A stretch of 63,226 nucleotides of DNA, filler included, from Globobulimina sp. (lineage: Eukaryota), in the NCBI GenBank assembly GCA_003354225.1. It is 51 parts of 51 records of this genome, joined end to end, with 100 filler letters (N's around TTAATTAATTAA, not from the genome) between each part and the next. Parts side by side here need not be neighbours in the genome. Positions count along the whole stretch, not along the records: positions 34,781 to 35,922 come from PIVH01022510.1; positions 36,023 to 37,164 come from PIVH01022511.1; positions 37,265 to 38,406 come from PIVH01022512.1; positions 38,507 to 39,648 come from PIVH01022513.1; positions 39,749 to 40,889 come from PIVH01022514.1; positions 40,990 to 42,130 come from PIVH01022515.1; positions 42,231 to 43,371 come from PIVH01022516.1; positions 43,472 to 44,612 come from PIVH01022517.1; 43 more parts are not named here. The stretch is one strand, 5' to 3'. How positions within the stretch are numbered: the stretch's first letter is position 1; every line of letters starts with the position of its first letter. Shown here in pieces: positions 35,353-47,194 of this stretch. The notes under the pieces were generated by a model, which had not been told where the DNA came from, searched no databases, and saw only the letters and a list, made by a program, of their open reading frames with translations. Position numbers and translations under genes: made by a program.

Positions 35353-36022
35353 AAAAGCTTATCATAATGATCCGCGTTCCTGCAACACATAAAAAACGAG
35401 ATATTTCAGAATTGTTTATTTATGAATACTGCCATTTGTTTTTGTTTGAAGATGCGCAATGTTTGAAAAATACTTAATTTAATTTGTTTCTCAAAAAAGA
35501 ACAAAAAAACTCTTCACTGTTGCTGAGCAATATTAATGTTGTCCACGCAATATGGCTCGGTATAGAACAAAAAATCAAGATTGGTGTATTTGGTTTATGG
35601 ACGTTGCCAATGTGTATTAATTTAGCATTAATACTGCATTAATATGTCGCAAAAGCATTAATATGAATGCTTTATTTTCTACTATACCTTGTATAGGTTA
35701 GTAGTACTATCAAAATTCATCTCTTGATCACAAGTATCACAAAATGCATAATTTCACTTTTAGATGAATTTGCTTTTTGAGCATAAAGTGACATTTAGAG
35801 AATTGACAGTTTTTAAAGCTTTTTGAGCAATCAAGATATTTACATTTTTACAAATTCAACAAAAAAAAAGGGTAGATGGTATCGAAAATGGTAATATATG
35901 GATTTTTATATACTAAAAGAATNNNNNNNNNNNNNNNNNNNNNNNNNNNNNNNNNNNNNNNNNNNNTTAATTAATTAANNNNNNNNNNNNNNNNNNNNNN
36001 NNNNNNNNNNNNNNNNNNNNNN

Positions 36023-37164
36023 TGAAATTTACATTTGTCTCATCACTGTTGTTCAAAGGTAAGAGGCAATTGTTTGATGTGTGGACGCCAGCAATATCCA
36101 CTGAAATCATTGTAAGTAACAGTCATCATTTGGAATACTGGACAAATATACAAGCCGTTTATTGCGAGACACATAACAATCGATCGCGCACAACATTGCG
36201 ATCTTCGATAACATTGAGATCCTCGATTATTCCAAGAAGCTTAAGATCTTCCTTTTCAGCAGGAAGGCCGTCGGGTGTTATGAACTTAGGTAATATGGAA
36301 GCTGTGGATAAGATTACGAGTATTATTGACGCAGCCAGCTCAAAGCCAGATACCTGTGGTTCAATTCAACTGATAACCGGGGTGAAGCCGGTCGGATTAG
36401 ATTTGTTGTTGGCAAATGTTGAGAGCTATTATGAGCACAAACACACTTTGCATTTTATTTATGGCTGCAATGTTGCGTACAATTTCGAGTTATATTCACA
36501 GTGGAAATCGATATTTTTATCAATCTTACAAAATGAATTGCGAATATTTGTAAAGAATAATAATTTTGAGAATCTGTTGTCGATATTAATTGGCCATATT
36601 GACCCGAAATTAGTTCCTAAATTACCTACCATTCAACCGTTGGTCGACTGCGATATTAAAAAAACAGAATGGTCGCTAAAAGCAACAGACAGTGATAAAT
36701 TTGAGGGATTGATTGGAATATTATTTGCTATTTTATGTAAAGTGACGGAATTGTTTCCAATTTTAATTTGTATTTCAGATATACAGTACCAAAGTATTGA
36801 AGATTGTAAATTGACTCAACGAATGGTAGAATTGATTGAAATGAAGAAATTAAAAACAGTGCATTTTATCATGACATCAACGCCAATTAACCGAATGACA
36901 TCGGAATGTGGCAGTTATTTCCATGCGAGACAATTCGTGCTGAAATTGGGGAATTCGAAATATTGCGATAATTTTATAAATATTTGTGAATGGGATGTAG
37001 AAGAAACCACAGCTTTTTTATTAACATTTTTCAATGTGTGGCAGATTGACGATGATATCGTCAAATATTTAATGATAAAATGCAATGGATTGTGCGGATT
37101 AATTATCACATTTTGCGTGGCCATAAAAACAGAGTTTATTGTGATAAATAATGAATTAACCTCT
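36023..37164 (+). CDS. Soluble adenylyl cyclase (ADCY10)-like cyclase-STAND NTPase protein, internal fragment with degenerate P-loop
   Basis: FKGKRQLFDVWTP (end of a class III cyclase domain), LITGVKPVGLD at the Walker A position, PILICISDIQY at Walker B, and a helical domain with KCNGLC in place of GNP. Confidence 0.55.
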
Positions 37165-37266
37165 NNNNNNNNNNNNNNNNNNNNNNNNNNNNNNNNNNNN
37201 NNNNNNNNTTAATTAATTAANNNNNNNNNNNNNNNNNNNNNNNNNNNNNNNNNNNNNNNNNNNNAA

Positions 37267-37470
37267 GATGTTGACGGTGTTTTCAATGCAGATCCGCACT
37301 TATTTAACAATTCGGTGAAGATTCCTGAAATGAATTATTCTGATGCTTCAGATATGACTAAAATGGGAGCTAAGGTTCTACATCATAAAACGATACGCCC
37401 TTTAATGGAACATAAAATTCCGTTAGAAGTTAAATTATTTTCAGATCGTATTTCAAAAGGCACGAAAATC
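37267..37470 (+). CDS. lysC: Aspartokinase catalytic domain, C-terminal fragment (bacterial-like)
   Basis: DVDGVFNADP...IPEMNYSDASDMTKMGAKVLHHKTIRPLMEHKIPLEVK...GTKI. Confidence 0.8.
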
Positions 37471-38379
37471 TATGCCCAAAATGGGTGGACTGATATAGAG
37501 ATAGATTATAATGGCACATTTGGCGCATTCCATGATGGCATAATGCTCTGTGGTGAGGATTATGGTATACAGTGTGCGCTGGCAGCGGATGACTGGTCTT
37601 GTGTTAACTATGATGATTATTGCAATTTCCACCCAACCTCATCACCAACAGTATCACCGACAATTATCATTGCAAATTGGTCGAATACGACGCGTATAAA
37701 TATGATTGAAAGCAGCAAGAATAATGAACACAGCGCCTTGTACATGAAAATTGTCATTTCGTTGGCCGCGGTGAGTGTGATTTGCGGCTTTTGTATTTGT
37801 ATGAAAGTGTTTGGAAAATGGTTTGGGGAAACCAAGAAAAATGAAGGTGAAGAAAGTGATTCGTTCGGATTTGTGATCCAAACCATTTTCAATGTGAAAG
37901 GCAATGACAATGATAGCGATCCACGCGACTTTGTGTCAGAGATGGAAGGCCCCGATGTGGAGGTTTTTGAGCCTGGTAAAAGTCATAAAGTTGTGGCGGA
38001 TCCCTTGGACAGTTCGCATCGCGATGTTACTGTTACGATACCACTGCAGGCACAAAGATCCATCACTGACCATACGTTTTTGTCTGCGCCCATATCTGAG
38101 TTGGAGTCACCAAATTGTATACCACAGCCGCATAGAGGCTCGATGCAGAATGCTTTGGACCAACTTAATATTGACTATGATCATACTGCGCCCATTCAAG
38201 AATATATTACGCCGCGGCCGCCAGCGAGACATAAAAAATGGTCTGCGGATTTATCGCCGGTTTCGAGCAAAAAAAGCTTTTCCAGCTCGGAGGGGATCAG
38301 CACTGTCCATACCAGTCAAACTACGCAAGACACACAAAATTCTGACAGTAACAATGTTAAACCCACCGAAGATTTATAG
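37471..38379 (+). CDS. C-terminal part of a Cys-rich type I cell-surface protein (PTxxPT stalk, TM, disordered tail), in frame with the aspartokinase fragment
   Basis: YAQNGW...MLCGEDYGIQC...WSC...C-PTSSPTVSPT; TM IVISLAAVSVICGFCICM; S/T-rich tail. Confidence 0.7.
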   Translation, partial: YAQNGWTDIEIDYNGTFGAFHDGIMLCGEDYGIQCALAADDWSCVNYDDYCNFHPTSSPTVSPTIIIANWSNTTRINMIESSKNNEHSALYMKIVISLAAVSVICGFCICMKVFGKWFGETKKNEGEESDSFGFVIQTIFNVKGNDNDSDPRDFVSEMEGPDVEVFEPGKSHKVVADPLDSSHRDVTVTIPLQAQRSITDHTFLSAPISELESPNCIPQPHRGSMQNALDQLNIDYDHTAPIQEYITPRPPARHKKWSADLSPVSSKKSFSSSEGISTVHTSQTTQDTQNSDSNNVKPTEDL

Positions 38380-39748
38380 TATTTTATATATAATATATAT
38401 GTATGANNNNNNNNNNNNNNNNNNNNNNNNNNNNNNNNNNNNNNNNNNNNTTAATTAATTAANNNNNNNNNNNNNNNNNNNNNNNNNNNNNNNNNNNNNN
38501 NNNNNNCTATAAAATTCTCATCGAAAAACAAGAAAAATATCCTATATTTATTCACCCCTTCTATATACTAAATAATAATAATAAAGAATTAAATATAAAA
38601 ACATTTATGTTCCCCTTATCAACATTAAAATGTATCGACTCTATGGAAGCCAATCAAATCATAAAACAATATTTCGAGCCTATGATCCCAATCAAGAAGA
38701 AAATATTCAATCATTAAACGGCGTATGATATTGATCCTTGCACAGAACATTCGCCTTTTAACTTGTTTTTGTACAAATATATACTTTTGTTGAATTTCAA
38801 ATATTTTAAATTTATTGGGAAAATGTCATAGTAAAGTAATCCAAAACAATAATATTTTCATCGAAACAAATGACTTTTTAGGTTCACACTTCTTTTGTGA
38901 TTGACTAAGTTTTCCACACTTCTTTAGGTTCACACTTCTTTTGCAGGGGGCGCTGCCTCTAACTGTAGCCTACTAGGTGCAAAATATCAACCATTTGTTC
39001 ATGTTGATGTGTATTATCTGCTCGTAACGAAATCTGCTCGTAAACCATTCAATAAATGCATGGTTTGTATTGAGCAATGACTGTGGCTGATGAAGAAATA
39101 GAGGAAGGCCTCCATTGCAAGTGTTTAAGGTTAACTTAGTTTAGTTAGTACTATAAGAACATAAAGCATAAACCATAAAAACATAAACCATAAATGAACC
39201 TACAACCAACCACTTAGGTTTATGGACATTGCCAATTATATAGGACCGCTGTTGCATTAAGTTTTGCTTGTAACGAATGGTAATTAATACACTACAGTCA
39301 CAATAACTGACCACATTCATTGCAGTGGTATATCAATGCTATTGCGACTACAATGATTTACAAAAAAAACTGTCACGAATGTCAATCTATCAGTATATTC
39401 TAACGCTGTTCATCACCATCATCAGTCTCTATATTGTCCTCAACATTTTCATCATTCTCATTGTCATCTATAATTTGATTAGTTTCATTGTCATCAATTG
39501 CAAGATTCGAACATTGCTCTAGCTCATCCTTACATGTATCAGTTGTATCAGTTATATCTGTTGCTAAATGATAAAGGAATTTCCTTTTATTATTGTCCGC
39601 CATTTCAGAGGTTGCCCAATTATCAGTTTCAAGCCATAGTGGATATTTNNNNNNNNNNNNNNNNNNNNNNNNNNNNNNNNNNNNNNNNNNNNTTAATTAA
39701 TTAANNNNNNNNNNNNNNNNNNNNNNNNNNNNNNNNNNNNNNNNNNNN

Positions 39749-40807
39749 TTTAATATCATTGATATTTGATTGCAATTCATTGTCATTCTCATTAATATGC
39801 ATAATAATCATGGTATCCCATGCATCGATCATCGCTAAGCCTAAATCAAATGCATCATTGGTTCCGGTACAACTGATTGGATGCACTGTATACGTATCAA
39901 TAAGGATATGGTACACATATATTTCAATCAAATGTCGGGACAGTTGGGTCAAACCTGTATCAAAGCCCCATGCACATTTCTTATAACAGTCATATGCATA
40001 TTTGAATTCTAATATTATCTCTCCACGAATCTCCGATGGTGATTTATTTAATTGTTGTTGTTCTGATTCTGTTTCTTGTTCTGATCGCGATTTCAATTTA
40101 TGATCTTGAGTCTTTTTATGTAATTTAGATTGAAGCTCTTTCAATTTAGAGATTTTTACTTCGTTTTCAGTGTATTTTGCATTATAATTATTATTTGCCT
40201 TTGTTTCAATAATATTTTCCTTTAAACGTGATTTTATTTTGTGTTTATTTTCCTTATGTTTCTGTTCCATTTTCGCCTCAATGTCTTTATTTTTGTACAT
40301 GTCTGGTAATGCATGGCCATTATGATGAGATGTTTTATCTTTGTGTGTCAATAATAAATCGTCAATTCCATTCAAATATTTTTCCAAATCATCTTTATGT
40401 GTCAATAATTGTGCAATATGCCCCTTATCTATGCCCACTGGATTGTCTTTGAATCTTTTCATTAATTTAGATAATGAGTCGGTTAATGGTTCGACACCTT
40501 GTCTTTGTGGTGTTGTGTCTCGCTGATTATCCATTAATTCATCCATATCTATTTTGGGGATATTCGCATAGTTTGATGAAGGATTCGAAGATGATGGGGC
40601 CGATTGTGTGGTGGTAGGTGAATATATTAATAATAAAATGAATATTAAACAAGTTGCACATATCCCAATAATCATAAATTGCTTTTTTTTAGTAGTCAAT
40701 GATCGTTTTAATTTATGTATGAACGGTTTATCTGTCTTTGAATATGACAATCGATTTCGATTTCTTTTAAGACGACCAGTGGGTGTTCGATCAAACAGTG
40801 TTTTCAT
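39749..40807 (-). CDS. Class I alpha-1,2-mannosidase (GH47), type II membrane protein, N-terminal part
   Basis: Basic cytosolic tail, signal anchor, long stem, then FKYAYDCYKKCAWGFDT|VHPIS...LGLAMIDAWDTMIIM; stopless 69-nt intron at 39954-39886. Confidence 0.85.
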
Positions 40808-40989
40808 TGTTTTTTTTTATGTGTTTTCACATTTAACCACTAGTTTGGTGAAAAAAAAATGGTTATCCTCGCACCCAACTTTCACATATNNNNNNNNNNN
40901 NNNNNNNNNNNNNNNNNNNNNNNNNNNNNNNNNTTAATTAATTAANNNNNNNNNNNNNNNNNNNNNNNNNNNNNNNNNNNNNNNNNNNN

Positions 40990-42130
40990 GAAAGTTTCCG
41001 ACCCAGTATGGTTGTACGTGAATTAAGGAAACGTTATGGTAATGTATCTAGTGACCGAGGTGCGTTGGCCGACGCCTATGATAAGTTACAACAAGGTAGT
41101 ATGTCCCTTTTTGAATTTATTAATACTTTCCGAGTTTATTTTGACAGAGCTTATCCACCAAGTGAGTTTATGTTTGACAGAGATGGACGAATGTGTCGCG
41201 AATTCGTACATAAATTAAATCGCGACGATGTATCAACAGTACAATCGTATTTGGCTACAATGGATCGACCAATTTGGGATCGTATGGCAAGACGGATTGT
41301 TAATACAGCGCAATTAAATCCAGATATTCCGATGAAAATACCCAGACGACCAGTGGGTATTCATGCGATTATTGCCGACGAACCCGACAGGTATACTAAT
41401 TGTATGGCAATTAATGTGGATGGTGGAGCCAAACACCAAGAGAATTTCTCAGTTAAACAAGATGCACAATCAACTAAGCTGATCAATTCAGAAAAAGATT
41501 TGTCAGTGATTACATCGGTGGAAGCCAGAAAAGTGGTTAAATACATCTGGGACAATGCTCGTGCGGGACATCCGGTTACAGTACATGATTTAATCGCACG
41601 ATTAAAACCACTGAGTAAAGGTGACAATTACACAGTTATTTCTTATTGTTTGGATGGCAGTTTAGGTAAGGCTGCTCGGGTTACAGGTATGCAAGTAATG
41701 CCAGAATTTCCACAAGTTTATGATAAAGAAATTTGTGAGGTTGAAAAGGACCGTGTTATGAGAATTGCTATGGGTGAAAGCACATCAGTACATCAGATCG
41801 CCAGTAATCAACGCAATCGATACCAACGTCACTCATTTGGCCCAAACAGAAATCAAAGGTCAGGTGTTGGAGCACCAGGACCAGGGTATGTTTGTCACAC
41901 TTGCAATAGGACAGGTCATTGGCGACAGAATTGTCCAGAGAGAAATAATGTAAATCGCAGTGTTGAACAGATGCCAGAACCAAGTCAAGAACCAAATAGA
42001 ACGCTTGTAATGGTTGAAACAGTGGAACCTGCCAAGAAGAAAGCAGTAACAAAAGAGGAGATTAATAACATCGAATGGTATGATAAAAATGGTAAATTTG
42101 GGCCATTACATTATTTTGAGTATTTACATC
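40990..42130 (+). mobile_element. gag: LTR retrotransposon gag fragment with a CCHC zinc knuckle
   Basis: ELRKRYG...LQQGSMSLFEFINTF (Retrotrans_gag/MHR-like) and CHTCNRTGHWRQNCP. Confidence 0.75.
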
Positions 42131-42915
42131 NNNNNNNNNNNNNNNNNNNNNNNNNNNNNNNNNNNNNNNNNNNNTTAATTAATTAANNNNNNNNNNNNNN
42201 NNNNNNNNNNNNNNNNNNNNNNNNNNNNNNCTATTTTATGCACAATATACTCTTATTTTATCGACAGAGACTGTATATTGGCCTCATCCATTGACAATGT
42301 GAGCGAATTGACACATAGAATGGGCGAAATAGAGTCATTTTTATACAGATATGTGTATGGTACCAACCTTATTATTGATATATTATACATATTTTTATCA
42401 CTGTTTCGCGCATTATTTTGTATGATAAATGCGTGCAAACACAGTCGCGACTCGACAATGTCGGACATAATAACCATTAGAAAGAGATTACAAAACACAT
42501 GGAATTGCACAGAAAATACAACAACCCACTTTTGGGTTATTATGCGGGAAATGTATGGTGATAAGACATCAGGAAATAAATGGAATTCTGGGGGAAGAAC
42601 ATAAATTTGATGGCCTTTTGCATGCCAACACAAACAAATAAATGATGGCATAGTGCATGGTCATCATTATAAATTAACAAATTTTGATGACAGTTTATTT
42701 TTGTTTGTTTTTTATGTGTTTTTATTATTGATCTGACAGTTAACAGTCAGATATTACTCACTATCCTTGCACAGTGCAACGTTAATCGCATAAAGGCAAA
42801 ACTAAAACGCATAAAAAACAAAAATAAACATTCTGATGTGTTCGATAAGATCATGAAAAAAAGCAAAAACTTTTCAAACAGCGGGAAATTTGCAGTACAT
42901 ATCGGAAAGCCCAAA

Positions 42916-43371
42916 TCACACACAGTCAAAAATTAATAAATCATTTCTAAAACCATTACTATCACTTGTTTGTTGCATTGATATTTTAATATTTGGATAT
43001 TTAATATTTAATGATGATGAGATTGATGAATATACAAAAAATAACCAACTTCGTCTATCTCCACTCCCTTTAATACAATCCTTCCATACGCCATATAATG
43101 AACATTTTATTTTATTTCTTTTTCTTGTTTCACTTAAAATATCCAATAAACCACATAATGAAAATTGATATGAATAAAATCCACCATTCCTTGTACATTG
43201 AATAACAATATGATCCAAATTTGGAAATAAATTTATCAAACTACTCTTCAATAAATTTGTGCCACCAATAATCTCTTTATATGACATATAATCTCTATCC
43301 ATACCCACATAATATGATGACTCCACAATCAAATCTTGTAAAACTGACGGATATTTGGAAAGTGACTCTAA
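42916..43371 (-). CDS. Hypothetical protein, C-terminal fragment (lineage-expanded family)
   Basis: Open from the contig edge; NLLKSSLINLFPNLDHIVI...YQFSLCGLL. Confidence 0.45.
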   Translation of the reverse strand, partial: LESLSKYPSVLQDLIVESSYYVGMDRDYMSYKEIIGGTNLLKSSLINLFPNLDHIVIQCTRNGGFYSYQFSLCGLLDILSETRKRNKIKCSLYGVWKDCIKGSGDRRSWLFFVYSSISSSLNIKYPNIKISMQQTSDSNGFRNDLLIFDCV

Positions 43372-43471
43372 NNNNNNNNNNNNNNNNNNNNNNNNNNNNN
43401 NNNNNNNNNNNNNNNTTAATTAATTAANNNNNNNNNNNNNNNNNNNNNNNNNNNNNNNNNNNNNNNNNNNN

Positions 43472-44399
43472 AAACAGACATACGATGTTTAACAGCGAGA
43501 GCACCCTCCTGTAAGAAATTAAGCAAATTGCGAATCTCCCCCTTTTCAAAAAATGCACGACAATGCCATAAATTGTTAGTTTTCCTCCTTGACACAATTT
43601 TTGCATTACAAATAGGCACCGCACGATTTAACTCTCTAACTACAACATGGAATCGAAGGCCCACACGAGCAGTAATAAGACGATCATGTAACCAACGAAT
43701 CTCGCCCACAGTATTGGCAGAAATGGATGAATATAGCCCTAAGCAATCTACAAAAGGAGGAATATTGTCATTGGCAGTTAATACATCCTCAATAAAGCGA
43801 TGCCCTGCCTGGAGAGTAATAAAATGCGCCACCAAAAATTTATCGAAATCAGACTGCACAGCATGGACTCGGGCTAGATATAAAACAAAAAAGGGAAAAA
43901 AGAAAAGAAGAAATAAGGAGAAAATAGATGAAGACAAACCCAATGAAACGGAAATAGCGGCGAGATGGTCACGACAGCTAAGAACCCGAGAATCAGAGTT
44001 CAAACAGCGACTAAATAATACAGCACCATCTGATAAATGGTCAAATATCTTCGTTAATTCCCAATATAATTCCTCGACATATAATATTGAACAAGGAATG
44101 AGATCCAATTCTAAATTAGGCCCAAATGGCCAAAGCGAAGCAGACGTGACAATATTGACAATTGTCCAATCAAAAAATTGTAGAGCTGATTGTAATTGTT
44201 CTGAAAGCTTAGAATCATCGCCATCATCATTTGCAATCTCTTGTTTTTTTGAGTCTCGCTCGATCTGTTTGCTTTCCTCATATTTTGCAAATTGTCCACC
44301 ACGAATAGCTTTATACGGCCAATTGGCATTGCTGGCACGAATGGACAATGCTGACCTTTTAACAAAGACTGCCGACTTTGCTTTCTTTGACGACGCCAT
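43472..44399 (-). CDS. Hypothetical protein, N-terminal part, with a probable stopless pyrimidine-rich intron at about 43950-43875
   Basis: ATG at 44399 after a T-rich leader; the FFFPFFVLY segment is a polypyrimidine tract ending TCTAG. Confidence 0.5.
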
Positions 44400-44888
44400 T
44401 GAAAGACTTAAGACTCAGATACAAATAACAAACCAAATACAAAAAAACTGTGACACAAAAAACTATGTTGCAAAAAACTGTGTTGGAAAAAATCATATAA
44501 AAAAATGGGAAAAAAAAGGGAAAAAAAGCTATGGAGTAAAATGCTACCTACATCACTATCGCCACCCAATCCAATATTTGCAGATGGAATGCAAGTGTGC
44601 GGAAAATGCTGANNNNNNNNNNNNNNNNNNNNNNNNNNNNNNNNNNNNNNNNNNNNTTAATTAATTAANNNNNNNNNNNNNNNNNNNNNNNNNNNNNNNN
44701 NNNNNNNNNNNNGGCTTGTCCTCAGCCGTGGGTATATCTGTTGATTGGAAGAAGTGAGATAACCGTTCCAACGTTTGTTGGATATTTATTTTGTTATTAT
44801 GACACCTTCAGTACTTAATTAATATAATATTGTCACATAAAATATAACAACCATAGCATATTTACACAAAGTTTTCCAAAAAACGACA

Positions 44889-45853
44889 ATGGGCAATACG
44901 TCTCCAAGCCAAACAAATACAGTGAGTTTATCAAAATCTGTGACGACACCCGTAACACCGCGTTCTACCGTCGGTCGTAGATTTTCCATTGCCACTTTTA
45001 ATGCTCCCATCTCAATCTACAATGAGATATTAAAAGACGCGCAAAAATTACGCTTATTGGACAAGAAACTAAATTATAATCCACATCGTCGTGTCTCCTC
45101 CATCCAATCCAATCTGCCCAGCTCCTTACAACATTATAGCAACTCCATGCACATCGTCAACGAATTCTGGTTGAATTTCATCCAACCTCTCCCCGAAAAC
45201 GAATTGAATGAAATTGCAATGGTTTGTTACTGCCGCTTATACTTAAAAAGTAAAAATATCCGCAATATATTATTAGCCTCCCACGGCATGAAAGTATTCA
45301 ATGTCTTCGGCTATGTAATCCGCAATTTATTAAACCCTGAAAACCATTTCAAACTATTTAAGCAGTTGCAAGTTTTGGGCGAAATGCATGCAAATTACTC
45401 TCTAAACAACGAAATCTACGACTTATTCATACAAGCTTTCAATTACGCCATGGAGGAGAAATTCGAAACGGATTACAAAATACGCACTCGATTCTGCTTC
45501 GGACAGTTATACCGCGTCATTGTGGACATTATGACTGGCGACGATTTCTACGCATTCACCACGCGATTAATGAGCCAAAGTGTGCAAAATAACAAACCCT
45601 TTTCGCCCATTACAAGGCTCAAAAGGTTCAGCGCAACGCATAGAAATGCGGCGGATAAACCTATTATTCACGTTCCATTGCATGGTGCGGATACGTCGTC
45701 TTCTGAGTTTATAGACGATGAGGAATTGAATCGTATGCAATCACCGCACTCTAAAAAGAAAAAGGTGTCCTTCCATCATATGCATACGCAAATTGATGGC
45801 TTTTTAGGTTCGTTGGAGGAATGTTTAAGTGACGAAATCGGTTCGTTGTATTT
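44889..45853 (+). CDS. Globin-domain protein with an N-myristoylation-like start and a putative downstream RGS domain (3'-truncated)
   Basis: MGNTSPS start. Globin at about 45147-45539: A-helix W (VNEFW), B-helix CYCRLY, E7 His (SHGMKVF, 45282), F8 His (LQVLGEMH, 45387), G-helix YDLFIQAF, H-helix LYRVIVDIM. Contig ends FLGSLEECLSDEIGSLY(F/L). Confidence 0.8.
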
Positions 45854-46423
45854 NNNNNNNNNNNNNNNNNNNNNNNNNNNNNNNNNNNNNNNNNNNNTTA
45901 ATTAATTAANNNNNNNNNNNNNNNNNNNNNNNNNNNNNNNNNNNNNNNNNNNNTTTTGAGTAGGTTCCAAAATTATGCGTGGTGGTACAATGAGATTAAC
46001 TCTGCGGCTACGAGGGGATTAGTGGTGGATTTGGAGAGAATTGTTATGTTTCATTTTAAGCACAAACGTCTGTGGAATAAAATACATAAATATCACCAAG
46101 TTATGTATACTGTGCGAGGTAATAAGACTGCGAGTCGTTGGCATAAAGGAGAGTGGAATCGAAAAGAAAAAGTATTTATTAAATATGCTGGAGAATATAA
46201 TAAAGCACGCAGATGGTGCCAGTGCTTAGCGGTCAATGATAAATGGAACTGTTTGCCACCGCAGCAGAGTCATGGTGCACTTTCTTGGGGTAACCAATTT
46301 AAGAATTATTAATGAGAATAGAATTTGAGACACATTCGCGTTTCTACAATTATTTAGAAACAAGTGATTGAACTAGTCATCTAAATATTGCTAACCGGCA
46401 CAAAAACATTTTAACTAGAAATA

Positions 46424-47094
46424 ATGACAACTTCTACCAACTCAGTGTCAGTCCTTGAACATTTATATTTGGTCTGTACTTGCTTTATTGCTTTGGCGGG
46501 TGTTCCATTGGTACCTCGTAAACTCGATCATTGGCTGCCAATACCTGTTGATGGATTATCTTGGCATGAATTACTGGAATCGGTGTTGATGTACATTTTA
46601 TCAGTTATTATATTTTCGTTATATTACCGGATTGTTACTGCGAATAAAGCCAAAATGCCATCAGTAATGGTATTTGTGCCAATATTGATCTCATTATTAA
46701 TCTCAATGGAAGGAAATGCCATTCATTGGTCCTGCAATGCAATACACTCAACATTTAATCCAGGAAATGAGAAAAAAGCTATACAATATTCCAAACAAAA
46801 AACATTATACTCATTGACATATTTTTTGGATGAGATCTGGGGACATCATCTATTGATTGGAGGCAATTGTTTATCATTTATGATTATATTATGTGCCAAT
46901 TATTTATGTGCTGAGGCTGAGGCAATTCCAGTACACATACATCATAATCATATGACGTATCTCAAATGGTTTAATGTCGTGTTATTTTATATAATGTCAT
47001 TTGCAATGGGTATGGTCTTATTTGCAGCAGGCGTCGAAGGACAAACTACAACAACTATTATACTGCCATTTTCGTGCATTATTACGATTCAAAA
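46424..47094 (+). CDS. CLN6-like multi-pass membrane protein, 3'-truncated
   Basis: EGNAIHWSCNAIH, LTYFLDEIWGHH and VEGQT parallel the CLN6 motifs GASIHLVGDSVNH, YYYDEYLGH and TEGQ (recalled). Confidence 0.55.
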
Positions 47095-47194
47095 NNNNNN
47101 NNNNNNNNNNNNNNNNNNNNNNNNNNNNNNNNNNNNNNTTAATTAATTAANNNNNNNNNNNNNNNNNNNNNNNNNNNNNNNNNNNNNNNNNNNN

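Noticed and set aside
22361-42130. gag (40990-42130) and pol (22361-23502) as one retrotransposon
   Set aside because: Separate contigs with no overlap or shared LTR; no link can be shown.
43528-44612. 378-aa plus-strand ORF overlapping the minus-strand gene
   Set aside because: It has no recognisable motif, includes translated poly-A tracts and the complement of an intron, and extends into Ns; likely an antisense shadow.
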